A DNA stretch of 59,007 nt, filler included, from Platydemus manokwari (lineage: Eukaryota): assembly GCA_037951405.1 (NCBI GenBank). It is 6 parts of 6 records of this genome, joined end to end, with 100 filler letters (N's around TTAATTAATTAA, not from the genome) between each part and the next. Parts side by side here need not be neighbours in the genome. Positions count along the whole stretch, not along the records: positions 39,788 to 49,346 come from JBBMOY011232319.1; positions 49,447 to 59,007 come from JBBMOY011232097.1; 4 more parts are not named here. One strand, given 5' to 3'. This document shows, piece after piece, positions 40,096 through 52,720 of the stretch. The position numbers and the translations under genes were made by a program. The notes under the pieces were generated by a model, which had not been told where the DNA came from, searched no databases, and was given only the letters and a program-made list of their open reading frames with translations. Every line of letters begins with the position of its first letter. Position 1 is the first letter of the stretch.

Positions 40096-43000
40096 TATTT
40101 AGTTCTGAACGCATTCGCGACACATCTGTATTAGCCCAATGAATATATGCGCTTGTTAATAAATCAATATCTCTCACTATATTGCTTCGATGAGATTTGA
40201 GAAGTTTTTCGATCATTTTAGCAGCAACACTCGTCCGACAAGTCATCTATAATATGCGGTTTGATGAATTAATTAGATACTTATATATGTGCAGCCCACC
40301 TTATCCGAGGTATCTTTTATCGAGTGCTTCCTTTTTCGAATGATACCTTCAGAAATTTGTTCATCCTTGTTGGCATTGCGAATAGCAAGAAGATTGTAAA
40401 TCGAATGATATGGATGATCAAGTATGATTTTCTCGATTAACTTAACAAAACAAAAGATTTTATATTTATTGTTTTATTGTTCAATGAAGCAGGTTTTTGA
40501 GAGAAATAGAAATCCCCAAACCAAATCAGTGAATCTAGCACTGTCATATTACTCAAAAACGTAACAAAATCTTCATTTCTGAAAGATTTCAAGTTGATAA
40601 TCGAACAGTATAAGGAAATAAAGTGAAAAAATTATAAATAAATAGTAAATGACAAAGCATAAATAGATCAGGAAAGATGACGAATATATTCAACGGCTTA
40701 CTGAGATATCTGTACAATAAATTTAAACAAATCGCGATATGTTCTCTTTTACAAGTTGCACACTGAAATGAAATGACTCGAATTTGATGAGAGATTGATT
40801 TGTTAAAAAATTAATTTCAGAAATGATATCATTGACGAATAGGATTTTCAAATATTATTTATAAATATTGATTAGATACTTTTCAACACAGCGTTAAATG
40901 ATATTTCATTTGTAATACATGATGAATCAAAAAATATGACTCAATCATTAAAATTTCACTGACTTCTTCAAATATAAATTTCATTATGTATTTCAATACC
41001 AGTGCTTATTAGATTTTTTTTAAAATAATTTATTTAAATTTATAAAATTTAAATAAATTATTATAAATATCTCATTTTAAAATTATTATTAAATTTGTTC
41101 CTTTAAATTTTCCTCACAACATGTATTGCCGACAGACCATAATTGGTCGGCAACTAATTACTTCATATCGTTATGAAAGTCCACCAACAAGTTGTCATTG
41201 ACAACCGTCTTCATATACAGGCCATAATTGTCACATTTTTTGTTAGCTCACAAAAAATTACGAAAATTTTAATAACAAAATAACGAAAATAGTTGGAGAG
41301 AATAGTTGCATATATATATCATCGAAAGTTAAATGATAAATGGGCTTAAATGAATTGTGATTTGATGTTTGAATCCAGTATGTGTGTCCGATTGGGTGAA
41401 ACACACAAGCAAGTAGTTATTTTATGGTATTTTAATTTTCAAGCTTAATTTATGAGGAGTTAAATATTGGAAATACTTATTTAAAATCGATATCTAGATT
41501 AATCAATAATTCTATTATTACTCTAAAGTTACAATAAATCACTGATAAAATCAATATTAATCTAATAGAAAGAAATCAATATGTAACCATTGGCACCTTT
41601 TCTAAATTATTTTGGAATGCATTTTTGTTATCAGAATTGAGTCGAGCACATAGTTGAGGAACAAGAACCAAAAATTTGTACGATGGCACCGTATTAATGA
41701 CGTCCTCCATAATATTATTCAATTCATCATTTGTTTCATTGTTTAGCCACATCGACACCAGTCTGAATACCTTTAATAAATGCAAAAATGTTAAAGAAAT
41801 TCGTGTTGTTTGTTTTACTTTAAAATTATGTTCGTCACCAATCTGTAAACATTTAGCACAACTCATTACTGCAGACAAAAGAAATCGATATCGATCACCA
41901 ATCAATGTTGATATATCATCACCATCATTGATTGTCTGTCGTTCTAGAATACGTCGAAGTTTACTAATGAATCAATATCTCAGTTACAATCAGTTCATAT
42001 ATCTTAACTTATCCAAACCTCCGATCACCTAGAACATCCAAATATTCAATATCTTTTCGTGATTCTGTCAGGAATCTCAATCGATTCTCGTATTCAGATG
42101 AATTCATGTATTGATTAATAAGAGAATATTGTTGATAAGAGAATGTAGACATTGTATCTAATAGATGACAATCATTCAAAGGAACATCAGTATATATTTC
42201 CATGGCCTAAATCAATAAAAACACACACTTGCTCAATTGTGATTGGTGAGAAATATTTACCGGATCTAATATATGAGATCTTATATGTGATACACTGTGT
42301 GTAGGATAAACTTGATTCCATAAGCACAGTTTCGAAACTGCTCTACAAAACAGTTCGCGCAAAATTGTATGATCGATAATGGTGACAGAACAGGACGAAA
42401 TGTGCTTCTAAAATCAGTGTTGTTAACGTTTTGTATATCTAATGGACTTTATCGATACCTGACAATCCGATATCAATCTTTCGAGTTGAACATAAGATTT
42501 TTTCATTTCACCCAGTTCCCATTGGTTTATCAATTCGATCAAGCGCATTGACAATGCTTCTGCACTACAGTTTATTGTTGACTTATCGATTTTGTGATGA
42601 CTGAATATATCGTGAATGAGATCGAAATAATCTGGTTGTTGACATCGGCTTGCTAGATCAGATACAGATAGAGAATATCTAGCAATCTCTTTGGTTCCAT
42701 TAGAAACTTTACCAAATGATACCAATGCCCAAGAAATACTCGAATCCAACTGGTCAATGTTAAATTTATTACCGATACAGAGTAAAGAGTCGAGAATTGA
42801 CGAATTATTAAGAGTTGCACACTCGATTAATGGGCGAACGCATACTTCTTGATCCCAGCTTGATGTACATAATCGAGATACTGAGTCGCGATATGATTCA
42901 CAGATATTTGATGATCGGCTATATAGAAAGTCGTACATTGTCAATGTACCAGCATTATTAGAATCGATAAAATTGATTTCAAACTCTTCTTCATCTCCCC

Positions 43001-46000
43001 ATCTCGACAAACGCCACAAAAGATCAATCTTTTCTGGCATTTTAAGAGAGAATAAATCGGAACTGGTCTTATTACTAACCAGATGACGTAACATATCGAA
43101 TTTGTGATGTTTCAGCAACCAGGAAGAATTGATACTGGAATCACTGTCAATGGATTCAAGAAGAAATTGATCAGCAAGTAATTCTTCCTTGCTTGACAGA
43201 CACTTGAAACATTTTTCGTACAATTCAATAGAATCTGATAGGATAATTCCATTATTGTTATTCAACCATACTCTTTCCAGAAGCAACAGTGCTCCAGTAT
43301 ACATTTTAGCATCGTAACTACATTTAGCAGCAGAGAATAGATCAATACTATTCCAAGCATTTTTAAGATTGTATTTGGCGTGATATTCCAACTTCTTGAT
43401 GATACAATTTACCACCATCACCTTTCTATCCATCCATTTATCAGAACGAAGAATCTTATTAAAGAGGTTTATCAGACTATTTGATTCCTCAATGGAAAAC
43501 TCAATAGTAACGAAGATTTGTGGAACAATATCAGATAAAATATACGGTAAAGAGAATATATGAGAACAGCAACATCTGAAAATAATATCGGAACTACGAG
43601 GACGAAGTAAATTAATGAGTTTGTTATTCCATTTATCGAAATCTTGCTCATCTGATGATTCTATATGTGTCAGGATTAAAGTCAAATCTGTGGTTTCATC
43701 CGAACCATTTATTAACATACGATTGGGAAACAAGGAAATCATCTGTGAGAGATAATTATTTGTCGAGACATTAGCATGTACAACAGTTTGACAAAGAGAA
43801 AGGAAGCAAAACCAGGCGTCATCGCCAAAGCTGTAAAGACAATGATTTAACAATCGGCTCATGAGAAAGTGATGATCAGAATTGTTATCATTACAAGTAC
43901 CAGATAAATACACATCCTTAGCAATTGGTACTTGTGGAAGAAGCAATTTCAAATACATTAAGCATGATACTGCAGCATTAATTATATTTTTCCCTATGGT
44001 GATTGGTGTGCTGAACTTGGACTGTTGCAATAAGAAGTGGAGAACATCGTTTAATTTTTGAAGGGTGTTACCAACGTTGATATCCATGGATTCTGATTTC
44101 AGCAGATTCGAAAGATAATTTGAAATATTAACCAATGTTTGATGTCGATACAGAAAAACAGAGATGCCAAATTTATCGAAACACTTCAACAGATTCTGTA
44201 TAGATTTAAGAGGTTCTTTATCGAGGCTGACAGATGACAAGGTTTGAAGATCACAAAAAACGGGGAGAGTAAATATAAAGTGATCGAGAAATGTGAAACA
44301 ATGATTCCAGTTGGGATTAAGGACTAAAGATGTCATTATTTTATTAACGATATCGACATATGGATGAATCTTTTCATCAAGACATGAAAGAAAATGAAAG
44401 ATTTGTTGATACCAGAACCAATGAACATCAAGCTGAGAGTTGATTATCACTCGGACAGCTAATACGATCAAATCATGAAGAATATTAAAAGAATTGGTGA
44501 TATCAGATTCTATCAAGAGCTCCATATGATTCAAATGCCTTATAACCAGAAAACAAATGGTGGAATCTCTATTATTGTTCTCGTGATCTTTATTCCAGTA
44601 ATCATCACAACAGATGATAACTGTCAGAAGACAACACCATATTCGATCATAAAGATCTTGATTAATGGAAGGAAACTGTCGAATGACAAACATAACGAAT
44701 TCAATCAATCGACCAGAATCTAATGACAACCATTCATCAAATGTTCCCGATGAATAATTCTGATATTGACAATGCAACATTGACAGTGCTCTTGGAAACA
44801 TTGTATATTCAATATTGGATCGACAAATATATGATAACATTTCCCAATAGATTCGATAAATGTTTTCTGTGATGATTTGATGGATATCTTCAGTTGTCAA
44901 TAGAGATGAAATATATTCATTCACTGATCGTATCGATTGTGTCTGATCTGAGATGATATTCGATATGATGATACGACTAATCAGTATAGGTATTTGAGTC
45001 TTTAATGAATCTCTCTCATTAATTCCCGATTGATCAATGAAACATTTCGAAATCATATCATTGCGATCAGCTATATTACAGCAGCTACCCACTTTCCAAA
45101 TCACATCAACAATATTGGATTGAACCAATTTCACACAAGTCACATCACCCGGTAATAGAACTGGTTCTTGACAGAGATTACTTATCAGTTGCCATTCCAT
45201 TATAAACTGGGAGAAGAATTTTATGACAAAGTGGGATATTTCTGTCGATGATTTAGTGTCAAACGATTCGTAAAGCAAGCAAGTGAATTTCGATATCATT
45301 TGTGGTTTGAGAGAATCGTTTGGAATGACGGTATTGAAGAATGGCAACAAAAGACAACCTATTTCGACGATATTATCTGTGGTTGATTTAGTAATCCATG
45401 TTTGGAGAAATGAAGCTATTCGAGCTTGATAATTATCACGATGGAAATATGTTGCCATGTCACCAGTATCCTTGGATACCGGTATCATTTCCAAGATGTT
45501 CTGTGAGTATAATGATACCAGATACCTCAATAGTTTGAACGTGTCCTTGCTATTACGATATTGTTTCAAAACGTGATCAACAAAATAATGACCCACCAAT
45601 CTAATAACAAATTTACATTTATCTCGAGATATAGAGAATATTTTTCCAGCGATTTCGTTACATTGTTGCAAATAGAAAACATCATCTTCGGTATTCGTAT
45701 TATCAATGTTATTCCAATAAACTCCAAACATTGAAACCATTTGTTGAACCAATTTAAATTGAAGTTCTTCACATTCGGGAAAGTTGTGATCGACAGTTTT
45801 ATAAACGACTCGACATATATTGGAAAAAAAACTCATAAATTCCTTTGTTTCAGAGTGATCGAAATTAGTACTGGATATAATATCGATAATATCTGTATTC
45901 ATTATTATTAATATCTGAATCATTTTATGGTTTTTCTTGAAGATCTTAAACGATTCTCTGATCAACATGAGAATCTGTGATAGAAGAGATGGTTTTAAAG

Positions 46001-48981
46001 GGATTTCCAAATATTTGATTATCAACACAATGATACGAAGTAAGTTGATGTGTTGATCGAAACTGACGTTGATAAGTCGAATTAGATCGGTAAATAAGCA
46101 ATCGTATTGGAGGAGTAATTCATGAAAATAGGTGCTAATAGAAGAATAAATGTGTACATGATAGAACAATTGCTGTTCGCTTAAAACCAATGGATTCGTC
46201 ATTTGGAAACATGAGCGAATATTATCGATTAATTTATTCCCAATCAATGTGATTGTATTTAATATTTTTTCTTTCAATTTTGGTGATTTTTCATTCATGG
46301 CGAACATTTCCTTCCAGTTCATACAATACAGGCATTCTAGAGTAAATGGGTTCATTGGATTACAATTAATAGTGGATTCAATATTGAAAAGTGCCCTTAG
46401 ACACACATCTTCATATTTTTGAAAGACATCACATTGATAGTGATGAAAATTTGTTAAAACATAAAGAATGTATAAGGAAATATGAGATGATTTCTTTGAG
46501 GAAGCCATTTCAAGAAATTTAAATAGAAGATTATCAGCAGATTCATTAAGAGAAGCAATGATAATCATTGTTGTAAGCTTAGTTTCATTGGACCATTTAG
46601 GAATCTCACTCAAAAGTGCCAATTTAGCTAAGGTTTTCAAAGGAATCTTTGAGAACTCTTTAATATCTGGTATAGTTGGAATGGAAACAAATCGATAACA
46701 ATCAGATTTTCGTGACTTTCGACAAATAATAGTCGACATCAATGTGCAAAATGTTGAAAATGAAATTGTGTTAATGTCCGATAAAGTCAGAATATATTGA
46801 CAAAGCTGAACACTGGTTTCAATTGATATAAGCTTTCGATACGGTTGACAAGTATCAAAATGAAGAATGACTGCAGATACAAGATCAAAAATTGATTGAC
46901 TAGGAAGGAGGGTTAACAATTTTGGCCAAAAATTATCAGGTAGATTGGTTAATTGGCCTGTTTTACATATGGACACCAATACGCTTGTTATTTCTGTTTG
47001 GGCTGAAACGGGAGGAGAATCACTAAAAATGAAAAAAATATTTCTAATAGCTTTTCATTGGTTGAATTTTTATGACATTATTTAAGGACATTGTGTGTGT
47101 GTGAGATGATAATATGGAAGCAATATGCAATTACAACAAATGATTTTGATCAAGCGACTGAGTGGTGTGAGTGAAGTTAATTAAAGTAATTGATGATTCA
47201 AATCTGCCATTGAATAGATCATAAAAATATGAATTGAAAGTCTTATTGGAGATTGGTGAGTAGAATGATTCACGAAATCGGTTTATCAGTGTTAAATCAG
47301 GAAAAATTAAATCAGGAAACTACCAATCCTTATAATATTATAATAAATATCCTAATATTCTCCATATTAATTTTAATAATTATATATATATATTAGTTCA
47401 AAAAATAATAATAATAATAAAATACCTTATTAAATAATTAAAAATTTCTTCGAATACTATAAGGGAGATTCGTAAATGGAAAGATGAATGTCGTATGTAT
47501 GATGTGTGTATGTTGTTTGATTGCATATTGATTAATGATTGCACAATTGTCAGTTGCTACAACCCAAGAAACCTCCCAAGGCGTTATTACATCATCAATA
47601 ACGAAATGAAGTATGTAATATCGTAATTGTATTAAATAAATTATTCAGTCTAAAACGATTTATTTCTAACATGGCGACCAGCGTCCAGCATTTTATCAAA
47701 CCTCCAGACCAATTAAAGGCTAAAGATGATTTGAAGAAATTCATTACAGAAACGAAGAGATTCTTCGAGCTGACTCAATAGCCAAGAGAATTCGAAGAAA
47801 CACTGGTGAAGGCTTTTCTCGTAATAGAATTACTACCAATATATGAGGCCACAGAAGGAAGAGGTTTTAAAAAGAAGCTTAGAAAAGAGTTCGAGCCTAA
47901 AATGGACCTCGCTGCAGATCTTGATGCAGCATTAAGATATCGGAAAGGAAAGGAAGAAAATTGCAATCAAATCTTTGAAAAAATCGAGAAATTAACAGAC
48001 AATATTCTCCGGCATAAATTAACCAAGCCGTCATTAATGATGATTATCATTGTTATAGCTTAATCCAGGAAACTCTCTACCCGTATAATGTTATAATAAA
48101 TATCCTAATATTCTCCATAATAATTTTAATAATTATATATAATTATTGTTTCAAAAAATAATAATAAAGTACCTGATTAAATAATTAAAAATTTCTTCAA
48201 ATACAACAAACAATTGTGTGCCATCGGTTTCGAATTTAGTGAGTAGCACATTTTCAACAACTTTCAAACATTGATTAAATAGCGCCAAATCAAACGCGGT
48301 AATTTTTAAACAACTCTCCACACAACATAATATTTTCGAGACATCATTTTTCCATTGGTTCACAAACGATCCATTGGTCAATCCTGTTTCAATCAATTTC
48401 AACCAGAACAACTGTATCGATGTCGATTTGCCAATGATATTATCGATTATTTGTCCAATATTGACCAATGAGTTCAAATTATTGATATCGGTATGAATAA
48501 CAGATATTTTGTTCTCAATTGATAATAATTTGATGATGAATTCGAAAAACAAATAATCCGGAACACAGCGTTCATGGTTGATGAATTTCGAGCGTAATTC
48601 AATAAATGAAATGTCATCGATAATACAGTTTATTACAGCTTTTATCCAATCGATAACCATAAACTGGCACCAAGCCTCATCTAAACACACCAATAAATCG
48701 AGAATATTCGTCCATAATTTTAATATTTCCAAGCGACCATTCATTTCAGCATCTTTAGTGGTCTATTTAGTGATAAGAATACATGAGTATATAAAAAGAA
48801 GAAATAAACAATTTTACATTGGCATTCGTAATGAGCGGAACGCTTTTAACATTGTCTGTCCAGAGTTTGAAAAGGTGCTCATTTGATAATTTAATACCAA
48901 AATTCACCAGACATTGTATAGAATCAGGTGAAGCTGTATTGATAAAGTGATTTACAATAGCTACAACATATCCTGCAATAT
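40096..48981 (-). CDS. ATM: ATM-like PIKK, partial (HEAT and FAT regions); exons 48818-48981, 48173-48762, 42459-47022, 42261-42407, 42019-42206, 41819-41963, 41597-41770, 40300-40440, 40096-40246
   Basis: ATM-type FAT segments: QYSLINQYMNSSEYENR, DRYRFLLSAV..CL..GDEH, VFRLVSMWL, VPSYKFLVLVPQLCARL, LIEKIILDHPYHS..LLAIRNANKD, LTSAYIHWAN. Intron phases are consistent. N-terminus and kinase/FATC domains are outside this piece. Confidence 0.88.
47460..48070 (+). mobile_element. Ty3/gypsy fragment in an ATM intron: LTR 3' part, PBS and gag N-terminus
   Basis: AATAAA, then ...TAACA followed by TGGCGACC (PBS-like, 47672); ORF MATSVQHFIKPPDQL...DDLKKFI...RFFEL with an internal stop. Confidence 0.65.
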
Positions 48982-49272
48982 CTAATGTTAATCGACTGTT
49001 CCTATAAGGAGAACATTATCAAGGTGTTTATAANNNNNNNNNNNNNNNNNNNNNNNNNNNNNNNNNNNNNNNNNNNNNNNNNNNNNNNNNNNNNNNNNNN
49101 NNNNNNNNNNNNNNNNNNNNNNNNNNNNNNNNNNNNNNNNNNNNNNNNNNNNNNNNNNNNNNNNNNNNNNNNNNNNNNNNNNNNNNNNNNNNNNACTATA
49201 ATAATAACAATAATGATAATAAATAATAATAATTACTATAATAATAATATAATGATAATAAATAATAATAAC

Positions 49273-49346
49273 TATTGGGTGTATAACCTTAAAATTTCGA
49301 TTTGATAAAAGATGTCGCTGGGAGTATTGCTTGCATATAATGTCGT
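49273..49346 (+). mobile_element. Second copy of the mariner-like end seen at 1-74
   Basis: 74/74 reverse-complement identity to 1-74; begins with TA. Confidence 0.55.
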
Positions 49347-49446
49347 NNNNNNNNNNNNNNNNNNNNNNNNNNNNNNNNNNNNNNNNNNNNTTAATTAATT
49401 AANNNNNNNNNNNNNNNNNNNNNNNNNNNNNNNNNNNNNNNNNNNN
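49347..49446. other. Artificial contig linker
   Basis: N44-TTAATTAATTAA-N44. The gap at 49034-49194 lacks the core and looks like an ordinary scaffold gap. Confidence 0.97.
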
Positions 49447-51019
49447 AAATTCAAGTTAGGAAGGATATAATAAACTACTAGTATATATTATTAATCATTT
49501 TTTTATGCAAATAAATGAAATTGTTATATGGGCATTGTTTTATCAAAGCCCAAACAATACATTCATTTTTCAATCTGTCTATCAACGCATATGATATTTT
49601 TATGAAATTATTATGTAAAACTTATCAAATAAATGATAATTTTTAATAAGTCAAGAAAATAAATATGTGATGTATTCAAATGACTACGATCAATGAACTA
49701 TATTTGTTTGTGAACCTAAAGTCCAAAACTCAGACTCTAAAGAATTGTTGGGGTTTTATGAAGGTAAGATATAATAACGAAATGAAATTTAATTAAAATT
49801 CTAGTGTTATAGGTTAACGATGAATATAACATAAATGATAAAATTGAAAATAAATATAATAATAGGTTGCGATTTTGTTCCCAACAGAATCTGCTCAAAT
49901 CGGATGCGTAAGAAGTGTTCGAATCATTCTCTTATTATAATAATACTAGTTAAGATATAAATAAACATGTACAATATGAGCTTATTCTGAAAAATATGAA
50001 AATAAATTATTAAATTAACGAATACAATAAAAAAAGTTTATTAACAATACAAATCAGATTTTAATATACACTACAAGGTAAAATTCTATGGTGGACAGCT
50101 AGACCCTTCAGGGGAACAGTCAAGTGTGCCCAACTAGTTGGGGAGACACTCCTGTGGTTAAAAAAGAAGGTGAGAGATAATAAGTAGAACCTAGTAAATT
50201 TAGAACAACCGCGCAGCTATCGAGATAGCTGTGGGTGCTTAATAACAACAAAAAATTTTATTAAACATTGTTGCAAAAATGTAAATAGCCAAATTCGGGA
50301 TTTAAAATCAAGGTAGAATGATTTACCGCAGGCTTCTTCAAATAATAATAGACTGAGTTGCAGGAAGGCTTCTTCAGGTTTTCAATAGATCAATAAACTG
50401 TTCATGTGAATGTTTTGCCAATAAAGGTTTCGTGGTAATAATAAATTTGTAATAGTTTATTGAACGCTTCGTCAGATAAATGTTTTGTCGGAATAATATC
50501 GTTATAATCGTCTGTTTATATAATTTGCAAACTAACTGGATTAGTCGAGTATGATAAAGTGCAATGAAAATGAATTTGCTTGCTCTTATATATTGATTTT
50601 GTAGGTCACATGCGTCATATCAGTGTGTCGATTTTTTGTTCTCGTTTCTTTCTGAATTTAGGAGTTCTCTAGACGTCATATATAAATTTAGCAACAGCCT
50701 ACTGTTTTTAGCTACTTTAGTTGCTAAATTGACCTATACTATTTTTAGTACTGACGTGGTTACTAAAAATAGATTTTGAAATAATTTCTTGCTTTTGAGC
50801 TTGGGTTCAGTTTAGATGACCTTGAGTTCATTTAAACAAAGGAATATGTTATAGAAAAATAAAATTTTTGTTTCATTTATTTTTAAATCATTTAATATGA
50901 AAATTTTTGAGTATTATTCATTTTATTTTTTTCTATTTAGTCTAAGAATTTTTAAAATTTAATTTTTTAGGTTTTTAATATTATTTTTACTCTTATATAT
51001 ATTTATGCTCGTATCATAT

Positions 51020-51300
51020 CTTATTGTGTTGGGAAAGATTGGAACCTCAGAATTAACAATTGGCAAATAGAAAAGGATGGGAAGATGCCCATTAATGTCA
51101 TACGAGTAATAGAAAAAGAAGAATGCTGAAACAAAATCATAAGGATATGAAACAACAACCACGAAATATGAGCTAACAAAAATGAAAGTGACAGACAAAT
51201 TGGCTCATAATACATGACTGAAACAAAGGCTTGGAAAAGATGAAAAAGAAAAAGAAGCTCAATAGGATGAAAAGCCTGGAACCTTACAAAGCCGGAAAGC
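51020..51300 (+). mobile_element. Possible RTE-like 3' relic
   Basis: Purine-rich degenerate frame with NVIRV...NKII resembling the GHV.R region. Confidence 0.25.
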
Positions 51301-52026
51301 ACAAATTGTAGATCCAGATGCTTAACAATAGCTATCGGAATTTAATTTATATTTCAATTCAAATTGAATCCAAAAGAATAAATTCAAGCTTGACTGATAA
51401 TTTATTGAACTATTTTGTGAAAACATTTATTATTTGATTTGATTACTTGCTGTACAATTATGAGAATATTTACTGTAAAGTTTTGATTATTTTTTGTCCA
51501 AAATGTCTATATATTTTATGATATCGATGATAGTTTATTAGCTATTAGGATAAATATATTGTAAGACAATTCCACTAATATCTCACTTGTCATGTTGCCG
51601 AAGCTTAGGTTGCGATATAAATAAATTTTTACTGATATTATTATTTTAGGTATATATAAATAATAATTATTATAAATACCAATATTTCAAACTTGTTTTT
51701 GGTCAAATATTCCAAGAATTATTAAAATATAAAAAATACATGGTGATTAAATAAAAATTGATACAATAAAAATTAAAGCACATTTCATGCGTATTGTTAT
51801 GCATAAAAATGTATAGTGTTGCATATATAGTTTTTTTTCCAATGCGAATTAATTGTTGGGCCAGAACCCCAACACTACTGGGGGGCACAAGAAAACTTAT
51901 CCTGTCGGGATAATACCCATACAGGCTGCAAGCCTCTAAACTACATAATAATAATATATAATACAGGAATAATAATATATAATACATGATAATAATAAAT
52001 AAAAACAGTAAACCCACATTAACTAA

Positions 52027-52720
52027 AATGTAGGCGTGTGGCCGGAATTATATTAGTAATATCCATAAAATTTTTGAAAAAATGATTAAGTCATGTTGCC
52101 ATGGCAATCAGAAACATAGTCATAGAAATTCAAATTTAAATACACATTGCCATGACAACAGTGGATATTACTAAGGGAATCAACAAATCGAAAAAAATTA
52201 ATCATGCGCCTACATTCCAAATCCCTATAAATACTGAAGTAAAATTCAGTATTTTCGCCACAAAACGACGAAGCTCATAGTGATTACAAAGCAAATTCGA
52301 GACAACGTTATTCACAGTCGAGTCAAATCCGCTAATCAGCTAATCTCAGAAAATTCTGGTATTCGAAGGCAATTATTCCACATATTATTCAGCGTTCAAT
52401 TATTAATTCCAGATGGTAAAATTCCATTACTATTTTAATCACCTGATATCATTCTCCTAGTGGAGATTTGTTGTCAGTGAATACTAAGCCTCATAAAGTC
52501 GTAACTGAATTTGTGAGTCCTAAAATCATATTTATTTAGTTTCTATACCACTTAGTTCCCTCCGGCGGTTTTTCATTACTGACAAATCTTTTAAGGGCAC
52601 GACAGCTTCTTCTTTATAAATTCATTGCATAACAGATTTGACAATTATTATTATAATAAAGTATTTCATTATCGTATTATTGTTATTATTATTACTATTC
52701 ATATATATTTTCTGGACGCA
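52027..52720 (+). mobile_element. LTR-like element containing an internal foldback
   Basis: TGTGGCCGGAA (52037) and TTCTGGACGCA (52720) are imperfect inverted ends; internal TATAAATA near 52226 and AATAAA near 52655; no TSD seen. Confidence 0.4.

Noticed and set aside
48985-49305. 106-aa ORF in the track
   Set aside because: It spans an N gap and AAT-rich low-complexity sequence.
1-49346. A 49-kb element bounded by perfect 74-bp inverted repeats
   Set aside because: The TA-flanked termini face inward, so each element runs outward off its own contig; four artificial linkers lie between the copies.
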